This document shows positions 10,193 to 20,430 of a stretch of DNA of 64,000 nt, one piece after another. Source of the stretch: a bacterium (GTDB taxonomy: Bacteria > Patescibacteriota > Patescibacteriia > UBA1558 > S5-K13); assembly GCA_029555085.1 (NCBI GenBank), contig JAKPTO010000026.1, positions 37,217 through 101,216 on the forward strand, written 5' to 3'. Made by a program: the position numbers and the translations under genes. The notes beneath the pieces were generated by a model. That model was not told the origin of the DNA and ran no database searches. It saw nothing but the letters and a program-made list of their open reading frames with translations. Every line of letters begins with the position of its first letter. Position 1 is the first letter of the stretch.

Positions 10193-13072
10193 TTATTTTA
10201 AACTTATTTCAACTTCAAATTCATTTACCTTTACTTTTTTTTCAATAATTGGAGTATCAATTGATTCAAAAATAATATCTTTTGCTAAAACATCTTTCTT
10301 TAAAGATTGAATATTTTTCTTTATAGATTGAACAAAATTATTGTTCAATATTTTTAAACTAACTATAGCAGTATCTTTGATTGTCAAATTCGCTTGTTTT
10401 CTCAAGGCATTTATGTTTCTCACTAATTCTCGCAAATCTCCCTCGTTCTTTAATTCTTGTGTAATTTCAGTATTTAAATAAACCTCACCAATAGCTAAAT
10501 TTTTATCAAATTTGACCTCTTTTACATTTACTTCTTCTGATATTATATCTAAATACGCCTCTTGTAGTTCTCCGCCTTCTATATTATAAGAAGCAGAAGA
10601 AAGCACTTGCCTAACTTTTATTTGATTCTGGTCTCTCAAATTATGTAATTTCTCAACTATTTTACGAACCTTTTGCATTTCTGATAAAATTTTTAAATCG
10701 TCCTTGCTAAATTTATGTGTATCTCTCCAATTTAATAAATGCACGGATTCTTGATCTCCATAAACCTCTTTATAAATATGCTCCGCTGTGAAAGGAATAA
10801 ATGGAGAAATTGAAACAGCAAATTCCCTAAGAACAAAATTCAAAATTTTTGGAGCGAACTTGTCTTGGTTTTTAAATCTATCTCTCGATCTTCTTATGTA
10901 CCAAGTTGATAATTCCAAAATAAAATCTGAAATATGATCAATACATTTTTTAATATCATAAACCTCCAAACTTTCTGTAATATTATTTTGCAATTGCTTT
11001 ATTTCTAAAATAATCCATTTATCTAATAAATTGTCGCTTTCAATAAACTCTAAATCTGATTCGCTTTTATACATATTATAAAAAGATAAAATATTTGCTA
11101 ATGTTATAAAATATCTTCCATATATACTAGATAAATCTTTTTCAGAAAAACACAAATCGCCAGATTTTACAGCCTGAGATCCCAACAAATAAAAACGCAA
11201 TACATCAGCAGAATATTTCTGTATTATTTCAGTGGGCTCTGGATAATTTTTTAATCTTTTAGACATTTTCTTCCCGTCTTCTGCCAATACCATCCCATTT
11301 ACAACAACATTTTTAAATGCTGGTTTTTTGAATAATGCTGTCGCAAGCACCATAAGTGTATAAAACCAGCCCCTTGTTTGATCCTGACCCTCAGCTATAA
11401 AATCTGCTGGAAAATTTTTATCAAACCATTCTTTATTCTCAAATGGGTAATGTATTCCAGCGTATGGCATAGATCCGGATTCAAACCAACAATCTAAAAC
11501 ATCTGGGATTCTTTTTATTTTTTTAGAACATTTTTTACAATCAATTTCTATATCATCAATAAAATGCTTATGCAAATCATCTATTTTTTTACCACTTGCT
11601 TGTTCTAATTCCTCTTTTGAACCAAATACTACAATTTCTCCACAATCACATTTCCAAACAGGAATTGGTGCTCCCCAATACCTTTGACGAGATATTGACC
11701 AATCTCTTGCCCCTTCTAACCATTTGCCAAATCTTCCATCTTTAAAAGATTCTGGAATCCAATTTGTTTGTTTATTTGCATGAATTAAGTCTTTTTTAAT
11801 TTTTGTAACTTCGACAAACCATGATTTAGTTGCATAATTTAAAAGTGGACTATCGCATCTCCAACAATGAGGATAACTATGTTCATATTTTTCTTTAGAA
11901 AAAGCCAAATTTTTTGAATCAAGAAATTTTAAAATTTCTACATCCACTTTTTGATGATTGTCTTTTGGTTTTACATATTGACCAGCAAAATCTTTTACAT
12001 CACTTGTAAACTTTCCTTGAGAATCAACATGTTGTATAAATGGAAGTTTCATCTCTTTTCCCAAATTCATATCATCTTCACCATATGCTGGCGCAATATG
12101 AACAATTCCAGTTCCATCTTCAATTGTTACGAAATCCGCATTATAAATTTTATAAATATTTTCTTTATTTTTTAAATTTTTATCCACAAAATAATCAAAT
12201 AATGGTTTGTATGATTTACCAACAAGTTCCGCGCCTTTAAACTCCTTTATAATAGAAGGATTTACAAATTGATCTTTAAATACTTCATATCTGTCTTTTG
12301 CCAAAATATAAACATCATCTCCTGAGCTAATTTTTAAATAATGAATATGTTTCCCAACTGCCAAGGCAACATTACCTGGCAATGTCCATGGAGTTGTTGT
12401 CCACGCCAACACAAAAGTATTTGGCGAATCAACAAGTTCAAACTTAGCAGTTACTGAAATATCTTTTATGTCTTTATATCCCTGAGCTACTTCAAAATTT
12501 GATAATGTGGTTCCACAATGAGGACAAATATGCATGGATTTATAACCCTCATATATAAGTCCCTTTTTCCATAGTTCTTTAAAAACCCACCAAACAGATT
12601 CCATGTAGTTTACATCCATTGTTTTATAATCATCTTGCATATCAACCCACCTACCAATCATTGGAATAAACTTTCTCCACTCCCCAGCGTATTTCATAAC
12701 ACTTTTTCTACAATATTCATTAAAATCATGAACAGAATACTTTTCTTCTATTTCTTTTTTACCATTTAATCCCAATTCTGATTCAACTTCATTTTCAACT
12801 GGAAGTCCGTGACAATCCCAACCCCATTTTCTCCTAACATAATATCCCTGCATTGTTTTAAATCTAGGAATTACATCTTTTATAATAGACGCAACTATAT
12901 GACCATAATGAGGCAACCCATTTGCAAATGGCGGACCATCGTAAAAAGAAAAATCACCTTTTGTAGATTTTTTCAAAGATTTTTCGAAAATTTTATTTTC
13001 TTCCCAAAAATTTAAAATATCACGCTCTTTTTCGTATAAAGTAGATATTTTCTGATTATTATTTTTTTCCAT
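10193..13072 (-). CDS. ileS: Isoleucine-tRNA ligase (type 2-like)
   Basis: 959 aa with PPFANGLPHYGH (HIGH motif) and KMSKRLKNYP (KMSKS loop in the type-2 IleRS form). Confidence 0.93.
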   Translation of the reverse strand: MEKNNNQKISTLYEKERDILNFWEENKIFEKSLKKSTKGDFSFYDGPPFANGLPHYGHIVASIIKDVIPRFKTMQGYYVRRKWGWDCHGLPVENEVESELGLNGKKEIEEKYSVHDFNEYCRKSVMKYAGEWRKFIPMIGRWVDMQDDYKTMDVNYMESVWWVFKELWKKGLIYEGYKSMHICPHCGTTLSNFEVAQGYKDIKDISVTAKFELVDSPNTFVLAWTTTPWTLPGNVALAVGKHIHYLKISSGDDVYILAKDRYEVFKDQFVNPSIIKEFKGAELVGKSYKPLFDYFVDKNLKNKENIYKIYNADFVTIEDGTGIVHIAPAYGEDDMNLGKEMKLPFIQHVDSQGKFTSDVKDFAGQYVKPKDNHQKVDVEILKFLDSKNLAFSKEKYEHSYPHCWRCDSPLLNYATKSWFVEVTKIKKDLIHANKQTNWIPESFKDGRFGKWLEGARDWSISRQRYWGAPIPVWKCDCGEIVVFGSKEELEQASGKKIDDLHKHFIDDIEIDCKKCSKKIKRIPDVLDCWFESGSMPYAGIHYPFENKEWFDKNFPADFIAEGQDQTRGWFYTLMVLATALFKKPAFKNVVVNGMVLAEDGKKMSKRLKNYPEPTEIIQKYSADVLRFYLLGSQAVKSGDLCFSEKDLSSIYGRYFITLANILSFYNMYKSESDLEFIESDNLLDKWIILEIKQLQNNITESLEVYDIKKCIDHISDFILELSTWYIRRSRDRFKNQDKFAPKILNFVLREFAVSISPFIPFTAEHIYKEVYGDQESVHLLNWRDTHKFSKDDLKILSEMQKVRKIVEKLHNLRDQNQIKVRQVLSSASYNIEGGELQEAYLDIISEEVNVKEVKFDKNLAIGEVYLNTEITQELKNEGDLRELVRNINALRKQANLTIKDTAIVSLKILNNNFVQSIKKNIQSLKKDVLAKDIIFESIDTPIIEKKVKVNEFEVEISLK

Positions 13073-13303
13073 ATATTTTTATTCTATTCTAATAAAAAAT
13101 TAAATTTATACTTGTTTAATTTAACAACAAAATCACAATAAATCAAGACTAAAAAAACAACATTTTTATTAACTCCAGCGCTTTATTTTTTTTATTATGA
13201 CGACTTTTTCTGATAACTTTTGACTTATTATTTGTTTCAAAACCAAAACTTGATGATATTATTGTTTTTTTTCTTTTTGATTTCATAATATTTTAATTAA
13301 AAA

Positions 13304-13531
13304 TTATTGTTTATTTTTCAAATATGATTTTATTTCGGCAATTGTAAAACGTTTATTGGTTTGGAGCCGTTCTATTTCTTTTATTGTTTTTAATGCTTTA
13401 CTTTTTTCATATAAACGATACCCGCCTCTTGTAAAAGAATCGGGTTTTAATAAACCCTCCTTGGTATAAAAATGTATTGCCGATGGCAATCTATTTATAT
13501 GAGACGCGAGTTCTCCAATTTTTAGTAACAT
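13304..13531 (-). CDS. Small MerR-family HTH regulator
   Basis: 75 aa. IGELASHINRLPSAIHFYTKEGLLKP...GGYRLY matches the MerR N-terminal HTH pattern. There is no effector domain. Confidence 0.75.
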   Translation of the reverse strand: MLLKIGELASHINRLPSAIHFYTKEGLLKPDSFTRGGYRLYEKSKALKTIKEIERLQTNKRFTIAEIKSYLKNKQ

Positions 13532-13682
13532 TGTTATTTATTATTTTCATTAAGGTAGAATTAATCTTTGCTCTGCTCTACTACAATTATATATTAAAAA
13601 ATTAAAAGTGTAAAGTATGTATTATCACTTTATACTTTATGGTTATAAAAATAAAAAAACTTCTAAATTAAAAGTTAAAAAT

Positions 13683-13716
13683 AAAAAAATCTCCCTATTG
13701 AGCTAGGGAGATTTTG
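13683..13716 (-). terminator. Rho-independent terminator ending the giant-protein operon
   Basis: Perfect 9-bp stem ATCTCCCTA / TAGGGAGAT (13689-13697 and 13704-13712), flanked by an A-run and a T-run. On the minus strand it is followed by a T-run. Confidence 0.8.
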
Positions 13717-13727
13717 AAAAGCTAGTA

Positions 13728-14207
13728 TTATTTGTTTTGCTCTGCGATATACTGATTAATTGCTGTTACTACTTTTCCGTCTGTCTTTAATTCTTCTATA
13801 AAAATAACATGAGCTTTATTTATAGACATTTCATCTTTTGGTCCATGTAATTCATTTCCTAATTTTACTAAAGATAGTCCTTGTTGTTGCTGTGTTGAAT
13901 CAGCTGGTTGTAATGCTGTTGTTACTTGTAAGTAGTATATATTCCTTAAAGTAACTTCTTCGTTGGTATTTTTTACAACATTGCCAAAGTAAACCTGACC
14001 GTTTGATAAAAATACTGCTTGCCATTTACCATTAGATCCATCTTTATCAATACCTAGAATATTAAATTTTGTAAATCTAGATACTCCATAAAGACATACT
14101 AGTATAACAGCAATAACAATTACTACTGTCATTATCCATCTAAAAATGGATTTCTTTTCTACTGGTTCTGTTACTTTTGTTGTAACATTTTCCGTTTTTT
14201 TGTCCAT
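13728..14207 (-). CDS. Hypothetical single-pass membrane protein
   Basis: 159 aa with one TM helix (IMTVVIVIAVILVCLYGV). No recognisable domain. Confidence 0.55.
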   Translation of the reverse strand: MDKKTENVTTKVTEPVEKKSIFRWIMTVVIVIAVILVCLYGVSRFTKFNILGIDKDGSNGKWQAVFLSNGQVYFGNVVKNTNEEVTLRNIYYLQVTTALQPADSTQQQQGLSLVKLGNELHGPKDEMSINKAHVIFIEELKTDGKVVTAINQYIAEQNK

Positions 14208-14350
14208 ATTTTTGACCTTTCTTTATGATTATATTTAATTATTTTATAGAGATATTATAACACCTTTAAATAATTTTTTAAAGATGCTTTAACTACTATA
14301 TTTTTGGCTTATTTAAGCCATTTTATATATAAAATAATGTATAAATAAAT

Positions 14351-14773
14351 TTATTTGGTTTTTTCTACATACAAAGGAGCCACTCCTATTATCTTATCTG
14401 TGCTTGGTCTATATAAAATTACTTTCATGGATTTTGTATATATAAGCAAATTATCGCCATTTTCTGCATTCTCAAAAAAAGGATAATCTTTTAATTTTTC
14501 TTCATTTAAAACATTTGCAACCTGAGGAATTTCATCAGATGGCAATTCTATTAATCTTGAAACTCGTTTTATTATTTTTTCTGATCGTCCTCTATCTCCC
14601 ATATTTAGTTTGTAAGAATTTGATTTGATTTTTTTGTAAACAACTACAACGCCAAAACATATTCCAACAATTAAAATAATTATAATTATTATTTTAAATA
14701 ATTTTTTAAAATTAAAACTTTTCTTCTTTTTCTTTGAAAGTATTCTTAGATCTAGAACTCTATTTTTACTCAT
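14351..14773 (-). CDS. Hypothetical single-pass membrane protein
   Basis: 140 aa with a basic N-terminus and one TM helix (IIIIILIVGICFGVVVV). Confidence 0.55.
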   Translation of the reverse strand: MSKNRVLDLRILSKKKKKSFNFKKLFKIIIIIILIVGICFGVVVVYKKIKSNSYKLNMGDRGRSEKIIKRVSRLIELPSDEIPQVANVLNEEKLKDYPFFENAENGDNLLIYTKSMKVILYRPSTDKIIGVAPLYVEKTK

Positions 14774-14812
14774 GATGTTTATTTTCTAATTGGATTAGAT
14801 GTTTAATATAAT

Positions 14813-17800
14813 TTATTCTTCTATTGTCTCTATTGTGACTTCTGTTTCTGTTATTGTTGTTTCTGTTGTTTCCTCTGCCGAAGTTTCCTGTTCTGTGGTT
14901 GTATCTGTTTGAGTTGTGTCTATTGAGGTTTCCGTGGTTTGATTACCTGATGAGATATCATCCTCTATTGTAGTTTCTGTTGTGTCTTCTATTGGAGTTT
15001 CTTGTTCTGTGGTTGTTTCTGTTTGAGTTGTGTCTATTGAGGTTTCTGTGGTTTGATTACCTGATGAGATATTGTCCTCTGTTGTTGTTTCTGTTGTGTC
15101 TTCTATTGGAGTTTCTTCTATTAAACCCTGCTCTGTTGAAGATGAAATCAATTCTGATGTTCCATCGCTACTAAATATCATTCCCTTGTATGCTCCGAAT
15201 GAATGCCAGTCAAATATCACATCAGTTTCTTGAGTATTTTCTATCTTTATCACAAAACCATTCTTTGTAACTTCGTCTATATAATAACCGCCATTGATTA
15301 ATGCGCGTGGAGAAATCGTTATAACTGGATCATTTCTATATTCATGCTCAAACATGACTGCTGTACTTGTTGCGCCTGTTAAAATCTTTGCTTGACCAAC
15401 CGTATCACGACCTAAATCAACTAATCCCTCAACTTGCAATGCGCCAGACAATACCAAATCTTCTAATGCGTCAAGCGACATTCCAAATTGCGCTCTAATT
15501 TCATTAATTTGTTGCTGTTGTTCTTGTATTGCTGAAACCATTACTGGCGTAAATGATTCATAGTCAATTGATTTGTTTCCACTTTCATCAATATTTAAAA
15601 GTTCTGGCGCAATTTCTTCTACTTGAGTTGTTATAAATCCTAATTTATTAATTTGTGTTTCATTTTCTATCCATACGAAATTTACTGCTTCAATGTCTGT
15701 TAATTTATTAAGCGAAATTATTCCATCTAATTGATCTATTGTTGCATTTTCTACAATTTGTTCTGAAGATGGGACAGAATTATTTAATTGATTTCTTAAA
15801 TTAGTAATTTCATTATTCAATGAATCAAATCTTTGTTCTATGTTATATGAATCTATAATGCTTTGTATTTCTGAAATATTTTCATCTTTTGCTTCTAAGA
15901 CCTTAGTTGTCACCTCTTTTTCAATTTCATTCACTGTTACACTCTTATTGTTTCTTGAAATTAATACATTTATAGTTCCAAAATCTCCACTAAATGATTC
16001 AAGCGCAACTCCGACTGTTGAGTCGCCCTGATTTGCTTTCATTAAATATCCTTGTCTTGATGCACTTGTCAAAGAATCACCCGGATTAATATCTCCATTT
16101 TCATTTGAGACAAATGCTGGAATCTGACCTAAAAGCGCTACTAATTTATAATTTGGATTATTTTTGTATTCTTCTTTTGAATTTCCTATAAATCCAGGCT
16201 TGGTTGAAATAATTCCAATAATATTTGAATCACTTGATGTGGCGCACCTTGATATAGCATTGTTATTTGCAAAGTCAATACATACAACCTCTCCTGATGA
16301 AATATTTGTATTATTAGTATAAAAATATTCTGCATAGTCAGCTGCTGGTGTGTCATAACCAGTATCAGCTAAAACTAAGCCATCGGAGCTAACCGTAAAG
16401 ACATTATCCCCTTCCGAATTCTGCAAAACAAATCCCAATACTTTTTCCTTTCCAAGATTTTTTATCGTGGTTCGACCAATATAATCTACTGAAAAAAGAG
16501 TTTCTTCGTATTCCACCCTACTTTGTATCTCAAATAAATTAGCGGAAGGGTGAGCTGATGTATTTACTACTTTTAACACCGGAACATGCCCCAAGTCACT
16601 AACTATTGTAGCTGATTTAATTAATTCTATAGGTACATCCGCGATTATTTTAGATTGCGATAGTGTTAAAGGGGAAACATTATTGGTTTCATCTCTAAAT
16701 TCTAATGTCCCATATGCATATGAAGAAGAATGTGGTCTTATTGCCCAAGTAGATGTTCCTACGTGAATTTCTTCTGCCCAAAGATCAGTCCATCTATAAT
16801 CTGATGAACCAAGAGTATAGGTTAAATTTGACTCAGGAACAATATCTCGCATAGTTGATGTTCCTGTTACATTGAGTGTTCCAGCACCTGTATTTATTAC
16901 TAAATCTGTTCCGTTCCATAAAATATTTGCATCTTGATCTTCTCCGAGATAGAGAGCAGCATTATCTTCGTCTATATAAACATTACCTGTAGCAAAAGCT
17001 CGAAAATTAGCAAGATCTGCACGTGAATGACCTAACCATATCTTAGACGACGGTTGAGTGGCAAAAAAACTAGAGAGAGTATATATAAGACCATTAACTC
17101 TAAGAGCGCTACCAAAATATGAATGACCTTTTACATCTAAAGTTCCTTCTACATATAAATCATTATCATCAAGTTCAAGGGTACTAACTCCGCTATTTGA
17201 TATTGCATTATATGGTAACGCGCTTACTCCACCTATATTAAATACATTATTATTAGCAAATACTATATGACCACCTGTAGTATTTATTGTTAAATCTCCT
17301 GAAGAATCAGTTCCAAATGTTGTTGAAGTTGCAGAATTGTATCCTAGTGTCAATTGTGGTGAAGTTGAGTTTACTACATGAAGCGCGGATGACGGCGCTG
17401 TAATACCGATACCGACATTACCACCATTAAAATATGATGCACCCCTAGAATGCAGTAAAATAGTCGAGTCATTAGATGAATTTCTCATGGTAAGGGATGT
17501 ATTAGATCCGCTACGCAACAAAACTCCTCCTGAACTAGGCACAATATTTAACTGGCCAGACGCTCTAATTTCCTGATTTCCAGATGATGGGAAAAATGAT
17601 ATAGATCTAGTTTTAGTAGAATCATAAAAATAAACATCTCCAGTAACATCTAGAGTTGCTTGCGGATCATTTGTCCCAATTCCGACCCTTCCTGAATTAT
17701 AATAAATACCATTACCATATGCGTTTGGGGTCCACCGGGATGACACAATTGGCGATCCGTTTATAGAAAATCCGGCTGCATCTACTATTCCAGTTGAAGC

Positions 17801-20356
17801 AGTGATAGTTGCACGACCGCCGACTGATAAGTTATTCGTTAGTGTAGTGGCACCGTTTAAAGTTATAGTATCGTCACTATTTGCATATAAAATTCTTCCC
17901 CAATCACCATCACTGGCTCCATATTTTACAAACGCAGTTCCTCCACCCACGCCATAAGAACCCATTGGTGCGGTATAACCAGCAGCAAGATGTTCATCTG
18001 ATATAACAATATTCATTTCTCCTCCATAACCATCTACAACAAAACTTGCTATTGTATTAACATTACTATCAACTACTGTTAGCGCATACTGTGGTGTTGT
18101 GGTACCGATTCCGACGTTGCCTGATCCGACATTAACTGCTATGTTATTATAATGCATTATATCGTTGTAACCGCTAATATCTACAGCCTCATAAACTACC
18201 ATTGGTGCATCTCCCGCTAAATCATATATACCAAACTCATCGTTGCTAAACATTCCACCATTACCAATATAAAAACCTCCTTTGCTATAATCGCCACTTT
18301 CAAAACTAGCAATCATATCTGTACTTGAAACATGTAAACCGCTCAGAGGATCTGTCGTCCCTATCCCAACATTTCCTGAGTTATAGTAAATATCAGATCC
18401 ATTTGTAATCCACTGAGATGATACAATTGGCGAGCCATTTATAGAAAATCCGGCTGCATCTACTATTCCGGTTGAAGCGGTGATAGTTGCGCGACCGCCG
18501 ACTGATAGATCGCCTATAAACGAAGAAGCGCCTGATTGTAATATTTTTAATACTGTACCACCATAATAATAAGCATTCTCACTAGTATCATACACGGCTA
18601 TATAAGTATCATCACCCTTATTAATTAAACCTATTTCATCAGTTATGGCGCCAGAAACCAATGCTACTGGACCATATAAACCATTAGCAATTATCTCTGA
18701 TCCAAAATCAGCAATTCCCGTTAAAGCAGTAATAGTTACCTTGCCTCCTATTGATATATCTCCGGTAAAATTAGCTCCTGATAAAAGTGCATAAGAAGTT
18801 GAAGCAGCAGTCCACACAGGATCTAATTCTGTAATTAAACTTCCAAGTGGTGAACCATTCCAATAAAGATCTCCACCTAGATTATATAATGTATCTACTG
18901 TTACAGCTGGAGTTGAAGATGCGATATTCAAACCATTATTTGTTACTACTAATCCCATTGCGGTTGTTGTTGCAAACGAAGAACTTCCAGTTACTATTAA
19001 ACTAGCAGATGAATATAAATCTGATGATAAATTTACAGGACCGTCAAAAGTATTTATTCCCGTCCATGTATTATTATCAGATAAAGACACCCCTCCCCCA
19101 TTTTGAACTATCGTAGTTCCACCACCAATAAAATTATATACGCCCCCAGTAAAAGACCCGTCCTCCCCTTTATCTCCTTTGTCTCCTTTTTCGCCAGTAT
19201 CTCCTTTTGGTCCAGCATCTCCCTTGTCTCCTTTTTCACCTTTTACCAAAATTGTTTTTTGGATAACCTGCGTATCACCATTTGCTGTATGATAATTTTG
19301 AATTATTTGGGGTTGAACTTTGTCGGTAGCCCCGAGATAAATATTTTTTATCTCCTGCGTTTCAGCTGCATCTCTTATAAATCGAACAACGCTATCCCTA
19401 AGAACTAAATTTATTGATAAAACTTTATTCGCAAATTTTTTTGATATATTCTCAGAATAATCTCTATATTTATTTAAAGAAACAAGAGAATTAATTATTT
19501 TCTGTAAAAATGTTAGCTTAGATGAAATATTGACAGACACCTCGCTTGCGCCAAGTACTCTATGAGATGGGTTATTTTCTGTATAATAATTATCTTTTTT
19601 ATTTAAAAACGCTCTTGGGTTAAAATATGAAATCCTATCAACAACAGAATGAGCTAATTCTTTATAATTATTTTTATAGCGTTTTAATAAATTAAAATTA
19701 TTAAGTTGTGAATTTCTTAAAAATTTACCAAAATTTGTTAATTTATTTTTTATGTTTGAAAATTGATATTTGTAAGCATTGGAAAATTTCTCAGAAGAAA
19801 GTGATAAAATTCTTTCTACTTTATTTTGATTTTCTCCATAAGTACCGAGAGCAGAAGGAATAAAAAATCTCATTGTCAAAATTAATAAAAAACTTATAGC
19901 TAAAAAATTTGCCAATCCAATTAATTGATTCGGAGAATGTGGTTTTGGGGATCTAAACTTTGAAGATTTTAAATTAGAATATTTTTTAGACTTATCAAAT
20001 TTAAAAAATGTAAAAACTGACAATAAAAAATTTCTAAAAATGTTTACTATATGATAAAAAGTTTTTTTAAATTTTTCTTTATTAAAAAAATGAATTTCTG
20101 CTAAAAGTATGTCTGGTAAATTTGGTTTTCTATTAAGTGAAACATCTTCATACTGAATTTGAAAATTCATCTCACTATTCTTCTCTTCATACTCTTTCAA
20201 GTAGCTTTTTTTCGTAAACCATATTCCATCAATTTTCTCTGCTTTTAATTTTCCCTGCCTCGCGCGAAGAGATAAATATTCTTGTGAATATGAACAATAC
20301 TTTGTCGCCTGTGACAAAGTAATGTATGGTTCTATTTGTTGATTTTGTTCGTCCAT
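14813..20356 (-). CDS. Giant (1847 aa) membrane-anchored fibre protein: N-terminal excisionase/MerR-like HTH, TM helix, collagen-like GXY tract, tail-fibre-like repeats, S74 intramolecular-chaperone-like domain, H-type-lectin-like domain and a Thr/Glu-rich tandem-repeat tail
   Basis: - HTH-like: YITLSQATKYCSYSQEYLSLRARQGKLKAEKIDGIWFTKKSYL
- TM helix: LIGLANFLAISFLLILTMRFF
- Collagen-like tract: GEKGDKGDAGPKGDTGEKGDKGDKGEDG
- Internal repeat present twice: LSVGGRATITASTGIVDAAGFSINGSPIVSS
- S74-like: LGFITTQVEEIAPELL...IDYESFTPVMVSAIQEQQQQINEIRAQ. Confidence 0.8.
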   Translation of the reverse strand: MDEQNQQIEPYITLSQATKYCSYSQEYLSLRARQGKLKAEKIDGIWFTKKSYLKEYEEKNSEMNFQIQYEDVSLNRKPNLPDILLAEIHFFNKEKFKKTFYHIVNIFRNFLLSVFTFFKFDKSKKYSNLKSSKFRSPKPHSPNQLIGLANFLAISFLLILTMRFFIPSALGTYGENQNKVERILSLSSEKFSNAYKYQFSNIKNKLTNFGKFLRNSQLNNFNLLKRYKNNYKELAHSVVDRISYFNPRAFLNKKDNYYTENNPSHRVLGASEVSVNISSKLTFLQKIINSLVSLNKYRDYSENISKKFANKVLSINLVLRDSVVRFIRDAAETQEIKNIYLGATDKVQPQIIQNYHTANGDTQVIQKTILVKGEKGDKGDAGPKGDTGEKGDKGDKGEDGSFTGGVYNFIGGGTTIVQNGGGVSLSDNNTWTGINTFDGPVNLSSDLYSSASLIVTGSSSFATTTAMGLVVTNNGLNIASSTPAVTVDTLYNLGGDLYWNGSPLGSLITELDPVWTAASTSYALLSGANFTGDISIGGKVTITALTGIADFGSEIIANGLYGPVALVSGAITDEIGLINKGDDTYIAVYDTSENAYYYGGTVLKILQSGASSFIGDLSVGGRATITASTGIVDAAGFSINGSPIVSSQWITNGSDIYYNSGNVGIGTTDPLSGLHVSSTDMIASFESGDYSKGGFYIGNGGMFSNDEFGIYDLAGDAPMVVYEAVDISGYNDIMHYNNIAVNVGSGNVGIGTTTPQYALTVVDSNVNTIASFVVDGYGGEMNIVISDEHLAAGYTAPMGSYGVGGGTAFVKYGASDGDWGRILYANSDDTITLNGATTLTNNLSVGGRATITASTGIVDAAGFSINGSPIVSSRWTPNAYGNGIYYNSGRVGIGTNDPQATLDVTGDVYFYDSTKTRSISFFPSSGNQEIRASGQLNIVPSSGGVLLRSGSNTSLTMRNSSNDSTILLHSRGASYFNGGNVGIGITAPSSALHVVNSTSPQLTLGYNSATSTTFGTDSSGDLTINTTGGHIVFANNNVFNIGGVSALPYNAISNSGVSTLELDDNDLYVEGTLDVKGHSYFGSALRVNGLIYTLSSFFATQPSSKIWLGHSRADLANFRAFATGNVYIDEDNAALYLGEDQDANILWNGTDLVINTGAGTLNVTGTSTMRDIVPESNLTYTLGSSDYRWTDLWAEEIHVGTSTWAIRPHSSSYAYGTLEFRDETNNVSPLTLSQSKIIADVPIELIKSATIVSDLGHVPVLKVVNTSAHPSANLFEIQSRVEYEETLFSVDYIGRTTIKNLGKEKVLGFVLQNSEGDNVFTVSSDGLVLADTGYDTPAADYAEYFYTNNTNISSGEVVCIDFANNNAISRCATSSDSNIIGIISTKPGFIGNSKEEYKNNPNYKLVALLGQIPAFVSNENGDINPGDSLTSASRQGYLMKANQGDSTVGVALESFSGDFGTINVLISRNNKSVTVNEIEKEVTTKVLEAKDENISEIQSIIDSYNIEQRFDSLNNEITNLRNQLNNSVPSSEQIVENATIDQLDGIISLNKLTDIEAVNFVWIENETQINKLGFITTQVEEIAPELLNIDESGNKSIDYESFTPVMVSAIQEQQQQINEIRAQFGMSLDALEDLVLSGALQVEGLVDLGRDTVGQAKILTGATSTAVMFEHEYRNDPVITISPRALINGGYYIDEVTKNGFVIKIENTQETDVIFDWHSFGAYKGMIFSSDGTSELISSSTEQGLIEETPIEDTTETTTEDNISSGNQTTETSIDTTQTETTTEQETPIEDTTETTIEDDISSGNQTTETSIDTTQTDTTTEQETSAEETTETTITETEVTIETIEE
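14882..15109 (-). repeat. Two tandem 114-nt (38-aa) near-identical coding repeats at the 3' end of the giant gene
   Basis: Copies at 14882-14995 and 14996-15109 encode ETPIEDTTETT(T/I)ED(N/D)ISSGNQTTETSIDTTQT(E/D)TTTEQ. Confidence 0.85.
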
Positions 20357-20430
20357 ATTGACAAGCTTGTATGAAATTTTATTTTTGTTTTAGATTTCAT
20401 ATCTTCTATTATTATATATAATTATATATA

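Noticed and set aside
13149-13303. 45-codon Lys-rich small ORF (ATG at 13286, MKSKRKKTIISSSFGFETNNKSKVIRKSRHNKKNKALELIKMLFF) downstream of the MerR-like gene, and a possible T-box leader upstream of ileS.
   Set aside because: The small ORF has no recognisable family and could arise by chance in an A-rich spacer. No T-box consensus or specifier/antiterminator structure was recognisable in 13073-13303.
14813-20356. Prophage or tailocin, because of the tail-fibre-like and S74-like domains.
   Set aside because: No capsid, terminase, portal, baseplate, integrase or lysis genes flank it. The neighbours are smpB/tmRNA and small membrane proteins, and the protein itself has an N-terminal HTH and a TM anchor.
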